DNA of 64,000 nucleotides from a virus, in IMG/VR virus record IMGVR_UViG_3300032163_000010, positions 8,005 through 72,004 of that record; one strand, 5' to 3'. Every line of letters starts with the position of its first letter. Position 1 is the first letter of the stretch. Made by a program: the position numbers and the translations under genes. The notes beneath the pieces are model-generated. The model searched no databases and was not told where the DNA came from. It saw only the letters and a program-made list of their open reading frames with translations. Of the stretch, positions 1 through 9,332 are shown one piece after another.

Positions 1-1
1 A

Positions 2-631
2 CCAAATCCCCCATGTTACCCTCCCTTGGTTATCCGTAACCTCATCGACATCATTTCCTATAGCTACATGGACGACATCAGAAGCTTTATAGACCTTCCA
101 TCCAGAGGCTCCTGCGGCTTCGTTATATATATAAACCCCCGGAGGTCCCGATACAATCTCCGGATGGTTCTCCAGGTCTTTCATACTATTTAGTGCCGTC
201 ATCATTCCCATCGGTAGCACATTTAATCTTGCATTTGGTAAATCCTTCGTTAGGACTACATCGCCGTCTATAAGAAGTCTCCTGGCGCAGGAATAGAACA
301 ACTCTCTGAATCTGAACGCCTCAGCTTTCTTCTGAGCTGCGGTTAATATTGTATTCTCAGCCCCAGAGAGATCCTCCCCTGGATGCAGTATGACCCCCTT
401 GTAAGCTCTCGCTGCCATCATTGCCATCTTAGTTAGAGCAGCATTCAACATCGAATCCCGTCGGACGAGTCTATTGTACAACTGGTACCTGTTTAACCCT
501 GTCTGAAATACCTCAGAAAGGATATCCGTTGCTCCAGGGATTTTGTGGAACAATGTAGGGATGTCAGTTAACGCGACATCCATCTTCGCTGAATCATACT
601 TGATGTGTATTGGTCCTAGATCAATTTGCAT
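2..631 (-). CDS. Portal protein, N-terminal part (runs off the window)
   Basis: Manually translated open frame MQIDLGPIHIKYDS...RYQLYNRLVRRDSMLNAALTKMAM...RRLLIDGDVV; GAGGTGA RBS; directly follows terL. Confidence 0.7.
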   Translation of the reverse strand, partial: MQIDLGPIHIKYDSAKMDVALTDIPTLFHKIPGATDILSEVFQTGLNRYQLYNRLVRRDSMLNAALTKMAMMAARAYKGVILHPGEDLSGAENTILTAAQKKAEAFRFRELFYSCARRLLIDGDVVLTKDLPNARLNVLPMGMMTALNSMKDLENHPEIVSGPPGVYIYNEAAGASGWKVYKASDVVHVAIGNDVDEVTDNQGRVTWGIW

Positions 632-635
632 TCAA

Positions 636-2168
636 TCACCTCACGATACTAAACGGAGCGATCAATGGAGGAACCCACGGGGCAGGAGGCTCCACGCTCG
701 CCGCCCACACGACGTTACACACAGCATCCGAGAGGTCCTTCGATCCACCCTTCGGATGATCAACGTGTTTTGCATTCAATTGAATGAGATTCTTCCATTC
801 TTCGAGCAGCTTCGTATTCGGGGCAACATGTAATTGCTCCGCGTATTGCAACTTGCGGATGATCTCATAATGTTCAAGCTTGACTAGGTTGTTATAGACC
901 ATGACCCCAGCAAGTTGCAACTCCTTCTGTAACTCCGGATACTGCCAGGTATCGGAGACGAACATCCCAATTCGAAGATCATTAACAATTCCCGGATAAT
1001 GAATACTATCCCTAGGATCCCCAAGGATGTCTCTCCTCACGACTAACGGATTGATCTCCATAGCGACCTTCTTACCGGCCTTCTTGATCAATAATGGATC
1101 CTTAACTGCCTCTGGGTCGTACCTCTTAACTCCGATAATGTAATACTCATCAGTGTCTGAATCTAAATATCCCAACGCCAACCCGAAGGAGTCCATCGTT
1201 CCTGCCGGATCGGCAGCAAGGATCAGATTGACCGGATTAGTTCTTTGCCTTGCTTTCCAATACGCCCATGTAGACCCTGATTCGAATACATTTAACATTG
1301 AGTCATTGAACTTAAGGATGCTGTCGTCCTTGTAGAACCTGTCCACTGCAGCTTGCGGGATAGCACCGTAATCCCTCCAGAAGGTGATCGGATCCTCCTT
1401 GAGCTTCGCCTGCAGGAACTCCCCGTCGAACGGAAGGTTCGGATTCATCTCCCATGTTGGGAGATTATAGCACTGCGCGTATGGGCTGTTAAGATTATCC
1501 CTGTATAACATCCATGATTTGGTCTCAGTATACAACGGAGACGTGATGACGACATTCTTGCCGAAAAACTGGAAACTCGAGGTCGATTTTGACAATGAAC
1601 TGAATACTAACTCAGCTGAACGCTTGCCTTCCGTGCGTTCGAGCCTGTCTAATTCATCGAAAATGTTGCATTTGACTGTTCGCCCAACAAGAGCTAACGC
1701 AGAACTGAGTCCCGCTTTGATTTCGATGTTGTACTTAGGGAACCTGATCTCATTTGCATAGCACTCTGCGCCATATTTCTCGAAAAACGGCGATTTCAGG
1801 ACGGATTTCTTGACCTCCCAGTAGATTGTGTCTTCGGCTTGTTCTTCGGATGTGGCTACACAGACGATGTAGAACTTGGAACCCTTCTCCAGATGGAACT
1901 TTTCCTCGATATCTGGCGAAGTTAGGAGGTCAAACGCCTCATAGCAGGCGATATCTGCACCGAGGCGAGTCTTACCCCCACGCATTCCCGCGATCAACAC
2001 GAGCAAGATCGTCTTCGGGACGCGGTAAAATGTCTCAAATATGTATTTCTGCATGGGGTAGGGCTTGCGACCCAGGAAATACTCATTCTCGACGAACGAG
2101 GCAGGGTCAGTCCTCGCTTGCATCTCCAGATACATCTGCATAGTCGAGGAGTAAACCATCAAAATCAC
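636..2168 (-). CDS. terL: Terminase large subunit
   Basis: Walker A AGMRGGKT, Walker B CNIFDE, nuclease motifs ADPAGTMDSFG and DHPKGGSKDLSDA. Confidence 0.92.
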   Translation of the reverse strand: MILMVYSSTMQMYLEMQARTDPASFVENEYFLGRKPYPMQKYIFETFYRVPKTILLVLIAGMRGGKTRLGADIACYEAFDLLTSPDIEEKFHLEKGSKFYIVCVATSEEQAEDTIYWEVKKSVLKSPFFEKYGAECYANEIRFPKYNIEIKAGLSSALALVGRTVKCNIFDELDRLERTEGKRSAELVFSSLSKSTSSFQFFGKNVVITSPLYTETKSWMLYRDNLNSPYAQCYNLPTWEMNPNLPFDGEFLQAKLKEDPITFWRDYGAIPQAAVDRFYKDDSILKFNDSMLNVFESGSTWAYWKARQRTNPVNLILAADPAGTMDSFGLALGYLDSDTDEYYIIGVKRYDPEAVKDPLLIKKAGKKVAMEINPLVVRRDILGDPRDSIHYPGIVNDLRIGMFVSDTWQYPELQKELQLAGVMVYNNLVKLEHYEIIRKLQYAEQLHVAPNTKLLEEWKNLIQLNAKHVDHPKGGSKDLSDAVCNVVWAASVEPPAPWVPPLIAPFSIVR

Positions 2169-2169
2169 G

Positions 2170-2685
2170 CTATTTCTGACCTAATTCCTTGCCGAGGAAT
2201 GCAAGAACCTTCCCACGACAGTCCTCACACAAGTTTGACATGATGAATCCTTGTAACTGATTGATCTGATTCTGTTGGATCCTTAGTTCGACGATGTACT
2301 TGGTCTCGATATCACCGTTTAACTCTGCAATAGTCCGAGCTGATGAGCGAATTTCCTTAGCTAGATTTGTCGTTGGACCAATGAGGCTAATATCGAAGTC
2401 TCCTTCTGAATCGAGTTTTGTGAGCAGTCTATTCGCAATGTTGTTCATCCTATTAGCGAGATTCGTGAGAACACCCACACCATCGAGCGTTTTCTTCTCC
2501 ACTGCACAAATCGCGCCGTCAGAACCTGTGGCGACCCTTATATGTTCCTTGAGATGTTTCTCGAAGACCTCTCGATCCACGACGTTGAGTCTTGCCATGG
2601 CTTCGGTTACGGAGATCCTCCCTGCGAGAACGAGATTAACCGTGTCAAGATTCTGTGGGTTACTGCACACTGGGCAATCTACCAA
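2170..2685 (-). CDS. Putative terminase small subunit (CxxC N-terminus, helical)
   Basis: Immediately upstream of terL, 171 aa, HTH-like N-terminus followed by helical segments. Confidence 0.55.
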   Translation of the reverse strand: MVDCPVCSNPQNLDTVNLVLAGRISVTEAMARLNVVDREVFEKHLKEHIRVATGSDGAICAVEKKTLDGVGVLTNLANRMNNIANRLLTKLDSEGDFDISLIGPTTNLAKEIRSSARTIAELNGDIETKYIVELRIQQNQINQLQGFIMSNLCEDCRGKVLAFLGKELGQK

Positions 2686-2719
2686 ATGGGATCCCTCTAA
2701 GGAGGATAAGAGCCTCAGG

Positions 2720-2735
2720 GTATTTAAAAACTTCG
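2720..2735 (-). promoter_or_regulatory. BRE-TATA promoter of the packaging operon
   Basis: Minus strand reads CGAAGTTTTTAAATAC about 35 nt upstream of the terS start; matches other promoters in the window. Confidence 0.7.
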
Positions 2736-3000
2736 TCCCTCAAACTGAGAATTTCTATGATTGGGCTTGTGGGCTTGTGACTTCGTCCGTCGAACTTAGT
2801 GGGGTAATCATGAGGAACTGAGCTGCAGACAACTGGATTCCTCGACGGGACAAATTTTGACACGGTGAATTAGTCAGTGAGCGATAGGTTTTGGGAAGGT
2901 GACGGGTTTTAACTAGGGTGCATCATGTAATAATGAGGATCATCAATAGGGATCAGGGTGTGAGGTCATAGATAGAGACCCTCAATAGAGATCCTCAAGA

Positions 3001-3065
3001 GCATAGATAAATAGCGTAGATAAATAGCATAGATAAAGAGTATAGATAAAGAGTATAGAGAAAGA
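3001..3065. repeat. 5 x 13-bp tandem repeat
   Basis: gcatagataaata gcgtagataaata gcatagataaaga gtatagataaaga gtatagagaaaga. Confidence 0.85.
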
Positions 3066-3084
3066 GAGAGTAAGTGAGAAAGAA

Positions 3085-3444
3085 ATGAGAACAGCAACAG
3101 CAGCCAGAAACTCTGTATCGCAAGTAGATACAGAAAAAGAGTACATCGTTTCTCTAGATAGAGAGACGACAGCAACTATCTCTGCGGTTGAGAAGTCTCA
3201 ACTCCAGAGAAGTCAGATATCTATAGATGGAAAGGTTCCTTGGATGACATCAATTCTACCAAGAATAAGAGGAGAGAAACTAACAGTGTGGAGATTATAT
3301 GTCTCTATACAGCATACCTACGGAGAAAACAGCATCAGTCGAATGAGAGTATATAAATACCTCAATTCACTAGTTACAAAGAAGATTGCAACGAAAGAGT
3401 TCGATGTATACCAAGGAGCAGATGTCTACACGATAGATAAGTAG
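3085..3444 (+). CDS. Small winged-helix-like protein, paralog 1
   Basis: ISRMRVYKYLNSLVTKKIA helix plus wing; closely similar to 3765-4115. Confidence 0.7.
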   Translation: MRTATAARNSVSQVDTEKEYIVSLDRETTATISAVEKSQLQRSQISIDGKVPWMTSILPRIRGEKLTVWRLYVSIQHTYGENSISRMRVYKYLNSLVTKKIATKEFDVYQGADVYTIDK

Positions 3445-3562
3445 AACAAGTAGATTAGGTAAGTCTACATCCACTCGTTTTTTAGAGACAGCAAGAGCTG
3501 ATAGATCAAGGATCTAGATGAGGCACAGATAGAGAGAGAGACGATGAGGAGGTGAGAGAGAG

Positions 3563-3631
3563 ATGAAGTACGGAGTAGAACTAGCAGAAGTACAGCTTCC
3601 GGTTAGAGAACCGAAAGTTCGGAAGAAATAG
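3563..3631 (+). CDS. Possible 22-aa microprotein
   Basis: GGAGGTGA RBS then MKYGVELAEVQLPVREPKVRKK. Confidence 0.4.
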   Translation: MKYGVELAEVQLPVREPKVRKK

Positions 3632-3666
3632 ATACACGAAGAGTGTATATCGATAGAGGATCACGA

Positions 3667-3698
3667 TTTTTTAGGAATATACGCGAGATGATGCGTAT
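3667..3698 (+). promoter_or_regulatory. U-tract/AGGA/GAGATGAT-loop hairpin, copy 1
   Basis: tttttt agga at atacgc GAGATGAT gcgtat. Confidence 0.7.
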
Positions 3699-3764
3699 GA
3701 ATAGATAGAGAGCCGATAGATGAAGAATCTAGATGAGGCACAGATAGAGAGAGTAGTGAGAGAA

Positions 3765-4115
3765 ATGACAGCAAGGAAAGCATCCCAGAATACTGTAGGT
3801 AGTGTACCTACAGACCAGGTAGAGATAGTCTCTCTAGATAGAGAGACTCAAGCAACGATATCTGCAGTTGAGAGAACTCAACTCCAGAGAGGTTCGGTAG
3901 ACGGCAAGATTCCGTGGAGCAAGATTCTACCGAAGTTGAAAGGCGAGAGAGTCTCGGTATACAGACTGTATACGTCTGTACAGCGAGTCTACGGAGCGGG
4001 TAGCATCAGTCGGATGAGATGCTATAAATACCTCAACGGACTCGTGACCAAGAACCTCGCAACGGTAGAATTCGACGTTTTCAACGGAGAGAACGTCTAC
4101 ATCGTTGCTAAGTAA
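3765..4115 (+). CDS. Small winged-helix-like protein, paralog 2
   Basis: Shares IVSLDRETxATISAVE and ISRMRxYKYLNxLVTK with 3085; start moved to ATG 3765 by analogy. Confidence 0.7.
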   Translation: MTARKASQNTVGSVPTDQVEIVSLDRETQATISAVERTQLQRGSVDGKIPWSKILPKLKGERVSVYRLYTSVQRVYGAGSISRMRCYKYLNGLVTKNLATVEFDVFNGENVYIVAK

Positions 4116-4137
4116 GCCGAACAGGCTTACATCAACA

Positions 4138-4172
4138 TTTTCTTGAGGAATGTGTTCGAGATGATGAACATA
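4138..4172 (+). promoter_or_regulatory. U-tract/AGGA/GAGATGAT-loop hairpin, copy 2
   Basis: ttttcttg agga a tgtgttc GAGATGAT gaacata. Confidence 0.7.
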
Positions 4173-4185
4173 ACTAGAGAGAGAG

Positions 4186-4320
4186 ATGAGTAACATGCAG
4201 CCAAATGTATGTCTAGCAACAAGAGAAGACTGTAAGGTTTGTCGGAAGACATGGGGAACATCTCCGTGTCAAGTCGCGCCTGCGATAGCGAACGGTAAAG
4301 TCGCTATACTGCTATCGTAG
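4186..4320 (+). CDS. Cys-rich 44-aa microprotein
   Basis: MSNMQPNVCLATREDCKVCRKTWGTSPCQ..., follows hairpin copy 2. Confidence 0.4.
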   Translation: MSNMQPNVCLATREDCKVCRKTWGTSPCQVAPAIANGKVAILLS

Positions 4321-4710
4321 ACAAGCCTTGTAGGTATCCTCGGAGACGAGGCATCGATCCCCGTTTTTTATACTACTCGATCTACGGATTCCGTATCGCT
4401 AGATCCAAGATGAGCGAGTATTCGTTATCCGTTCTATAGCTCTATCGATACTAGATATCCGCAGGAAGGATTTTCGATACCACCGGAGGAGCGAGATGCG
4501 GTCCTTAGAACTTCTCGATCTTCTCGTGAGGGATCTCGATTCGGACTTGACATCGTCCAGTCCAAAAACTCTCTATATGTTAAAAGTGGTTATGATGATG
4601 ACTACTACTATGACTCCAACATCATCATCTCAAGTTCAAGTTCTTTCTTTGAACGAACGACTTCCATACACAACATATCACCTGAAACTTAAGGGACGTC
4701 CTACCGGTCA

Positions 4711-4725
4711 TAAGTTTTATATAGT
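4711..4725 (+). promoter_or_regulatory. BRE-TATA promoter
   Basis: TAAGTTTTATATAGT, near-identical to 9213-9228. Confidence 0.7.
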
Positions 4726-4855
4726 TAATCTACGATATCTTATCGATATACATTATCGAGAGAGTTAGATGAGGGAAACTAGAGAACGATCGTCTCTAGA
4801 GGCCATCGATCTAAGCCTGGTCGACGCGTCGACGACAAGTAAGAGAGTGAAAGAA

Positions 4856-5092
4856 ATGGAAACCAAAGACGAAGAAATGAATCTGTATAGCTACACGGCT
4901 GATATGTATCAGGATCTGTTTGATATGATCACTGAATACATGGGAGAAGCGGAGCATATCAGCGAAGACAACGTACGGATTAAGGTGAGCGATCTACCAT
5001 CATCGGTAGAAGCGATGAAAGAACTGAGGAAGAAGTTACTCAGAAAGGATTTCATCGCGTACTGGCAGATCGCGATAGAGGAAGGCAACTAA
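4856..5092 (+). CDS. Hypothetical acidic protein
   Basis: ATG after GAGTGAAAGAA, same context as neighbouring starts. Confidence 0.6.
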   Translation: METKDEEMNLYSYTADMYQDLFDMITEYMGEAEHISEDNVRIKVSDLPSSVEAMKELRKKLLRKDFIAYWQIAIEEGN

Positions 5093-5093
5093 G

Positions 5094-5125
5094 TTTTTAA
5101 GGACTCTCAGCGAGATGATGCTGAG
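5094..5125 (+). promoter_or_regulatory. U-tract/AGGA/GAGATGAT-loop hairpin, copy 3
   Basis: ttttta agga ct ctcagc GAGATGAT gctgag. Confidence 0.7.
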
Positions 5126-5148
5126 CGAAAGAACGGAGAGAACGAGAG

Positions 5149-8100
5149 ATGAAGAAAGTCTTGGATATCGGAATACCTCTACGAAGAGGCATCGACGATG
5201 CTCTCCATTGTGGAGAGCAAATAGAGAAAGATCTGCAACTACGGCCGAGAGACGCTGGTTGCGGATTCGGCTTCCGAGATATGCAGATCCCAATAGGTGA
5301 CAAGGACGAGAAGAAGATCGTTGAAGAGGTCAAGACGATCCTCCGAAAGTGTCACTTAATCAAGGGATCTTACGTCTCGGTATATGATGAAGATGAGGAG
5401 GTGAACTAGATGAAGGAAGACACGAAGATCTTGCTGATTGCAGATGCTGTGTTAGAGAAATGGACGAGTGGGAGCTACGAGGGCGTAGTTGAGAATTCAG
5501 ATGTGATATACTGCAACGATGAGGAGCTCCCTGCGGATGATGTATGGAGCATGCTGCAATCAAACGACAAATTGATTGAGAGGCTCTCCGATGGGTTAAT
5601 TGAGACAATCAGGGAGCAAGTAAGAAAAGAATTCGCTCCTAGAGTGATAGTAAATATCGGCCCTGGAGATTCAGAGGACGAAGTAGAGCTGTTCTTTGAA
5701 GATCAAGAGGAGAAACATCCGAAAAAGTGAAAGAACGATGTACGAAGTAAGGCAAGATCAGTTGAATGTTCTAGACAAGAACATTCTGAATAGGAAGAAT
5801 GCTATAGTAATAGCAAAGATCAGACATGCAGAGCAACCGGGGTCTTATCATGAAGTGCATGAGACTGGTATCGGAGGAGTCTACCAGTTGAAACCGAATG
5901 AAGACCTTCGCGGGGTGCCAGTGTGGGATGATGGATGTACACATTGGAACCTCGCAGAGGAGATAGAGAGAATATTAAGTAAGTGAAAAGAGAGATGTCT
6001 GAGAGACCGAACAAGGTAGTGTACATGAAGATTCTCGTCGCTGTTAAGGCGAACGAGAAGCAAGTTACCCCAGAGTGGTTCAAGGCCATCCTGGCGGACA
6101 TTGAGGAATGCTTCGACGATCAGTTCGAAGCGAAAGCATTACTCAAGGGGTTCGATATAGAACATATAAGGAGGTGAACAAGATGGAGAGAGATGAATTG
6201 AGCGAATTAGAGAAAGAGTTGGAGAATGCGATGGATAATCTAGACATCGTAATACGAAAGTTCGAAGACCAGAACGAAGCTGTGGAGAGAGTCTACAGCT
6301 GGTTAGACTGCAGGAGGAAGTGAAAGAAAGATGAAGAAAGTCGTTTGGACGATCGCCTTCGATATCTTCGAAGGAGACGAGGAGAATCCATCGACGGATG
6401 GATGTTTCATCAACCCTGGGCAACTGGGAGATGAACTGAGGAAGAAACTCGAGGAGAGAATCCACGAGTTAGTAGAGAAAGGAGAGTACGAGGCATAGAA
6501 AATGTCTGTAGAGATAAAGAACGGTATGGAGTATACTAGGTATACAGAGAAAGGCACTGGCACACGCAAGTGGAAAGTCGGTCAACGGATAGAAACGGAG
6601 TTCGTCACGAAGGCTCAGAAGGCCACTGGGAAATGGATAGACTACGAACCTATCCAACGGAGGAAGCAACAGGCAACGATAGTCGCCATCACGGTTAGGA
6701 AGAATCCTCCGTATAGGGATGTCTGGTTCAAGTTAGACTTCGTCGACGGATTTGGTTTCTGGACAACGAACGTCCACAGGGTTACAAGATATATATAGGA
6801 GGTGAGAACGAATGAGCTATCGTTTCAAATGGTGGGCTGGAGCGATCTGGGCGGGGATAACAACGGTCGTCTTGGTCTGGTTGTTTGACCAGATATTCAG
6901 CATCTTCTAGAGGTAAGGTAACATGCCTGAAAGAAATGCCAAGGAAATAGAATTTGACAGGCAGTTGCTTGTCAAGCTAAAGGACCTGCGGGATTTTTAC
7001 CGCATCGAGGGTATGAGAGATGCTCTCTACTTCGAGGTAGTGAGCAAGATTGGGTATCTAGAAAGAAGAGAGTGAGAAGAAATGAGACAAGGAAAAGGAT
7101 GGAAGTTCAGCGCACCTAGCTGGGAGTTACAGATAGACAAGATATCAGATAAGGAGCTGGGGGAGCTGTACGACACATTCGTAGGCTACTCGGATGACAT
7201 GATCGTTGTCAGAGAAAGCCTAAAGAAAGAAATAGAACGGAGGGAGGTGAAGACGAACGAAAGTCACGACAACTGAGATAGACACCAAAGACAGGGAAGG
7301 AAATGACAATCCAACGGAGTCCGTTGTGAGAGATAGGATGACCGCGGTGACTGAGGAACTAGGTTGGGATATTCTAATCACCGAGGTAGAGGAAACAAAG
7401 AAGGGGTTCCTATTCAAGGTAGAAATAGAGATCCCTGTGGAGGTGATAAGAAAATGAAAATACAGATAATAGTCCTGACGGAACAACAGAAGAATTTCCT
7501 TGAATCAGATGCTGATCTTGGTGACATCGATCACTGGTTGGAGACCCAAACAAAGACTGCGCCAGTAGTGGAAGTTTTCGTCAGAGAAGAAGGCACAGCG
7601 AAGGAATCCGTCTGGGGATTGTCCCCAGCAGGGGTCAATGCCATCGAGAGAGAAATTGAAGATGTCATCGTGACAGAGCAAGAGATGAACGCAGAGGAGG
7701 AAGAGAACCATGAGTCAGATCCAAAAACAAGTTGATGACCAGATTAACGGCAAGATCTGGATATGCAAGAACGACCAATGTGCCAAGGGTTGTGATTCAC
7801 ACCCTTGCCTGATAGAACATAATATGATGGAGGTGATAAGAAAATGAGTGAGCAACCAGCACTGAAACTTAGTCTGACGGTAACGTTAGACGTGAAGTTC
7901 TGTGAGCAGGATTTCGAAGGAGCGAATAAGACCTGGGAGGAATGGAAGTCATTGATCACAGGTAACAAGAAGGAGGCTATAGAGACGTTCCTGGGAAATC
8001 TAGACTATGATGGAATGGATAACATCATAGCTGAGGTGATAGATGCCGGAGGTGAGTTAAAGCTCACTGAAGGAACGTATGATGACAAGACAAGGAGGTG

Positions 8101-8521
8101 GAAGTTCGAATGAGAGATCTAATCGAGTGGATATGTGAGAAGATAGCTTTCTCACGGCTAAGACCCCTGTTTTTGAAACAAGAACGATGGATGAGGCATT
8201 CGGTGTGCCTTGTCTGCAGGAGATGTAGATGGTAAGGAGGTGAAACAAATGGGTAGAAATCTAACGACAGTAGAGTATAATATGACGATGATTCGCCACA
8301 GGACCGCCGGAACAATAGGATTCATCGTAGGAACAGACTATGGGGGGTTCAGAGTCAAGACGGAGAGTGATGGAGTCGTGAGGCTCCTCAGATTCGTCGA
8401 TATAGACAATTGGGAGACATTGACTCCGTGCGATCAGTGCGCAGTGCTTCCAGAGGACAAACGAAATGGCGAATGTATCACGTGCAGGAGGGAGGCTGTA
8501 GGAAATGGAACCTTGCATTAG
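5149..8521 (+). other. Run of small early hypothetical ORFs (5149-5409, 5410-5730, 5738-5986, 5995-6177, 6183-6323, 6331-6498, 6502-6798, 7082-7276, 7454-7735, 7844-8113, 8249-8521)
   Basis: Abutting or overlapping plus-strand ORFs, many with GGAGGTGA RBS, mostly acidic; no family recognised. Confidence 0.65.
7257..7457 (+). CDS. Hypothetical 66-aa protein with probable ACG start
   Basis: GGAGGTGA + 6 nt + ACG AAA GTC; fills the gap and overlaps the next ATG as ATGA. Confidence 0.55.
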   Translation, partial: TKVTTTEIDTKDREGNDNPTESVVRDRMTAVTEELGWDILITEVEETKKGFLFKVEIEIPVEVIRK

Positions 8522-8705
8522 GAGAAAATACATGTCAAGAGAACTAGGGTATTACTGTGAAGACAAACAAGAATACGTTACTAGGTATGTCTGCGACAAG
8601 TGCAAGAAGCCACCATCGAGAGACTGAAGAGGTAAGCTTTAACTTTTTCGCAAACTTGTCCCTTATCTTTGACCCTAGTACCCCGATCTCTCCGCGTAAC
8701 CGTAT

Positions 8706-8720
8706 CGAAAATGTTAAATA
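8706..8720 (+). promoter_or_regulatory. BRE-TATA promoter
   Basis: CGAAAATGTTAAATA followed by a motif shared with the 12971 promoter. Confidence 0.6.
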
Positions 8721-8830
8721 CTCGACCGGCGGTCTTTCTTATCGATGAACGCTCGAAGCTCGAAGTTCAGGAAACCCGTCAAGAGAACACAGGGTAGAGC
8801 CTTTGGTTCTCTGATAGGGGGTAAAGAACA

Positions 8831-9124
8831 ATGCCCATAAGTTTAGCGGAGTTCCGGAAGTTGGAACAAGCCCCTGCGAAAGCAGGACCAGGAAGCAAGT
8901 TCGTTAGGAAATGTGACTGGTCGAAGGTCACAAGCGAACTGGCCGGCCAGGGATGGACGGTGAAAGAAGCTCTCGCGGTAGCGATGAAGCATGTCGGGAA
9001 AGACCAGAGTATATCGAGGGTCAGGACCAAGAGGTTCCTCGACAAGCTCGTCGAGAAGAAGCTTGCCGTGAAGATGTTCGACGGCATGGGTTACGTGTAC
9101 TACGTGAATCCACCGGCGAAGTAA
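8831..9124 (+). CDS. Small wHTH-like protein, MPIS-type paralog 3
   Basis: MPISLAEFRKL...ISRVRTKRFLDKLVEKKLA; T-tract after the stop. Confidence 0.75.
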   Translation: MPISLAEFRKLEQAPAKAGPGSKFVRKCDWSKVTSELAGQGWTVKEALAVAMKHVGKDQSISRVRTKRFLDKLVEKKLAVKMFDGMGYVYYVNPPAK

Positions 9125-9212
9125 TCGTCCAATTTTTTGTCCCCAGTTTTTATGTCATAGCTCCGGATTCGAGAGAGTCATTTCATATCAAAGTCAGGAG
9201 ACCATCCCGGTT

Positions 9213-9228
9213 CGAAAGTTTTATATAG
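9213..9228 (+). promoter_or_regulatory. BRE-TATA promoter
   Basis: CGAAAGTTTTATATAG. Confidence 0.8.
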
Positions 9229-9332
9229 TTACCCAGCGGTCTATTAAACTGATAGATGCTAAACTCAATTAAGCACCGACGAGAGGGTCCTTGTACAGGG
9301 TTCACAATCCTGCAAGGGCAAGGAGGTGTTAG

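Larger units (their letters stand above)
3494..3753 (+). repeat. About 45-bp direct repeat (3494-3538 and 3709-3753) upstream of two starts
   Basis: agagcYgatagatSaagRatctagatgaggcacagatagagagag; 27-bp identical core. Confidence 0.85.

Noticed and set aside
543-2821. Plus-strand ORFs over the terminase genes (e.g. 2294-2821)
   Set aside because: Antisense shadows of motif-bearing minus-strand genes
4496-4768. 90-aa plus-strand ORF
   Set aside because: Low-complexity translation that runs across a clear TATA promoter
4765-4800. Hammerhead-like TAGATGAG..GAAAC
   Set aside because: No CUGA core, no stem II and no matching cleavage triplet
3001-5125. Possible mini-CRISPR array
   Set aside because: Repeats are either tandem without spacers or irregularly spaced hundreds of nt apart; no repeat-spacer periodicity
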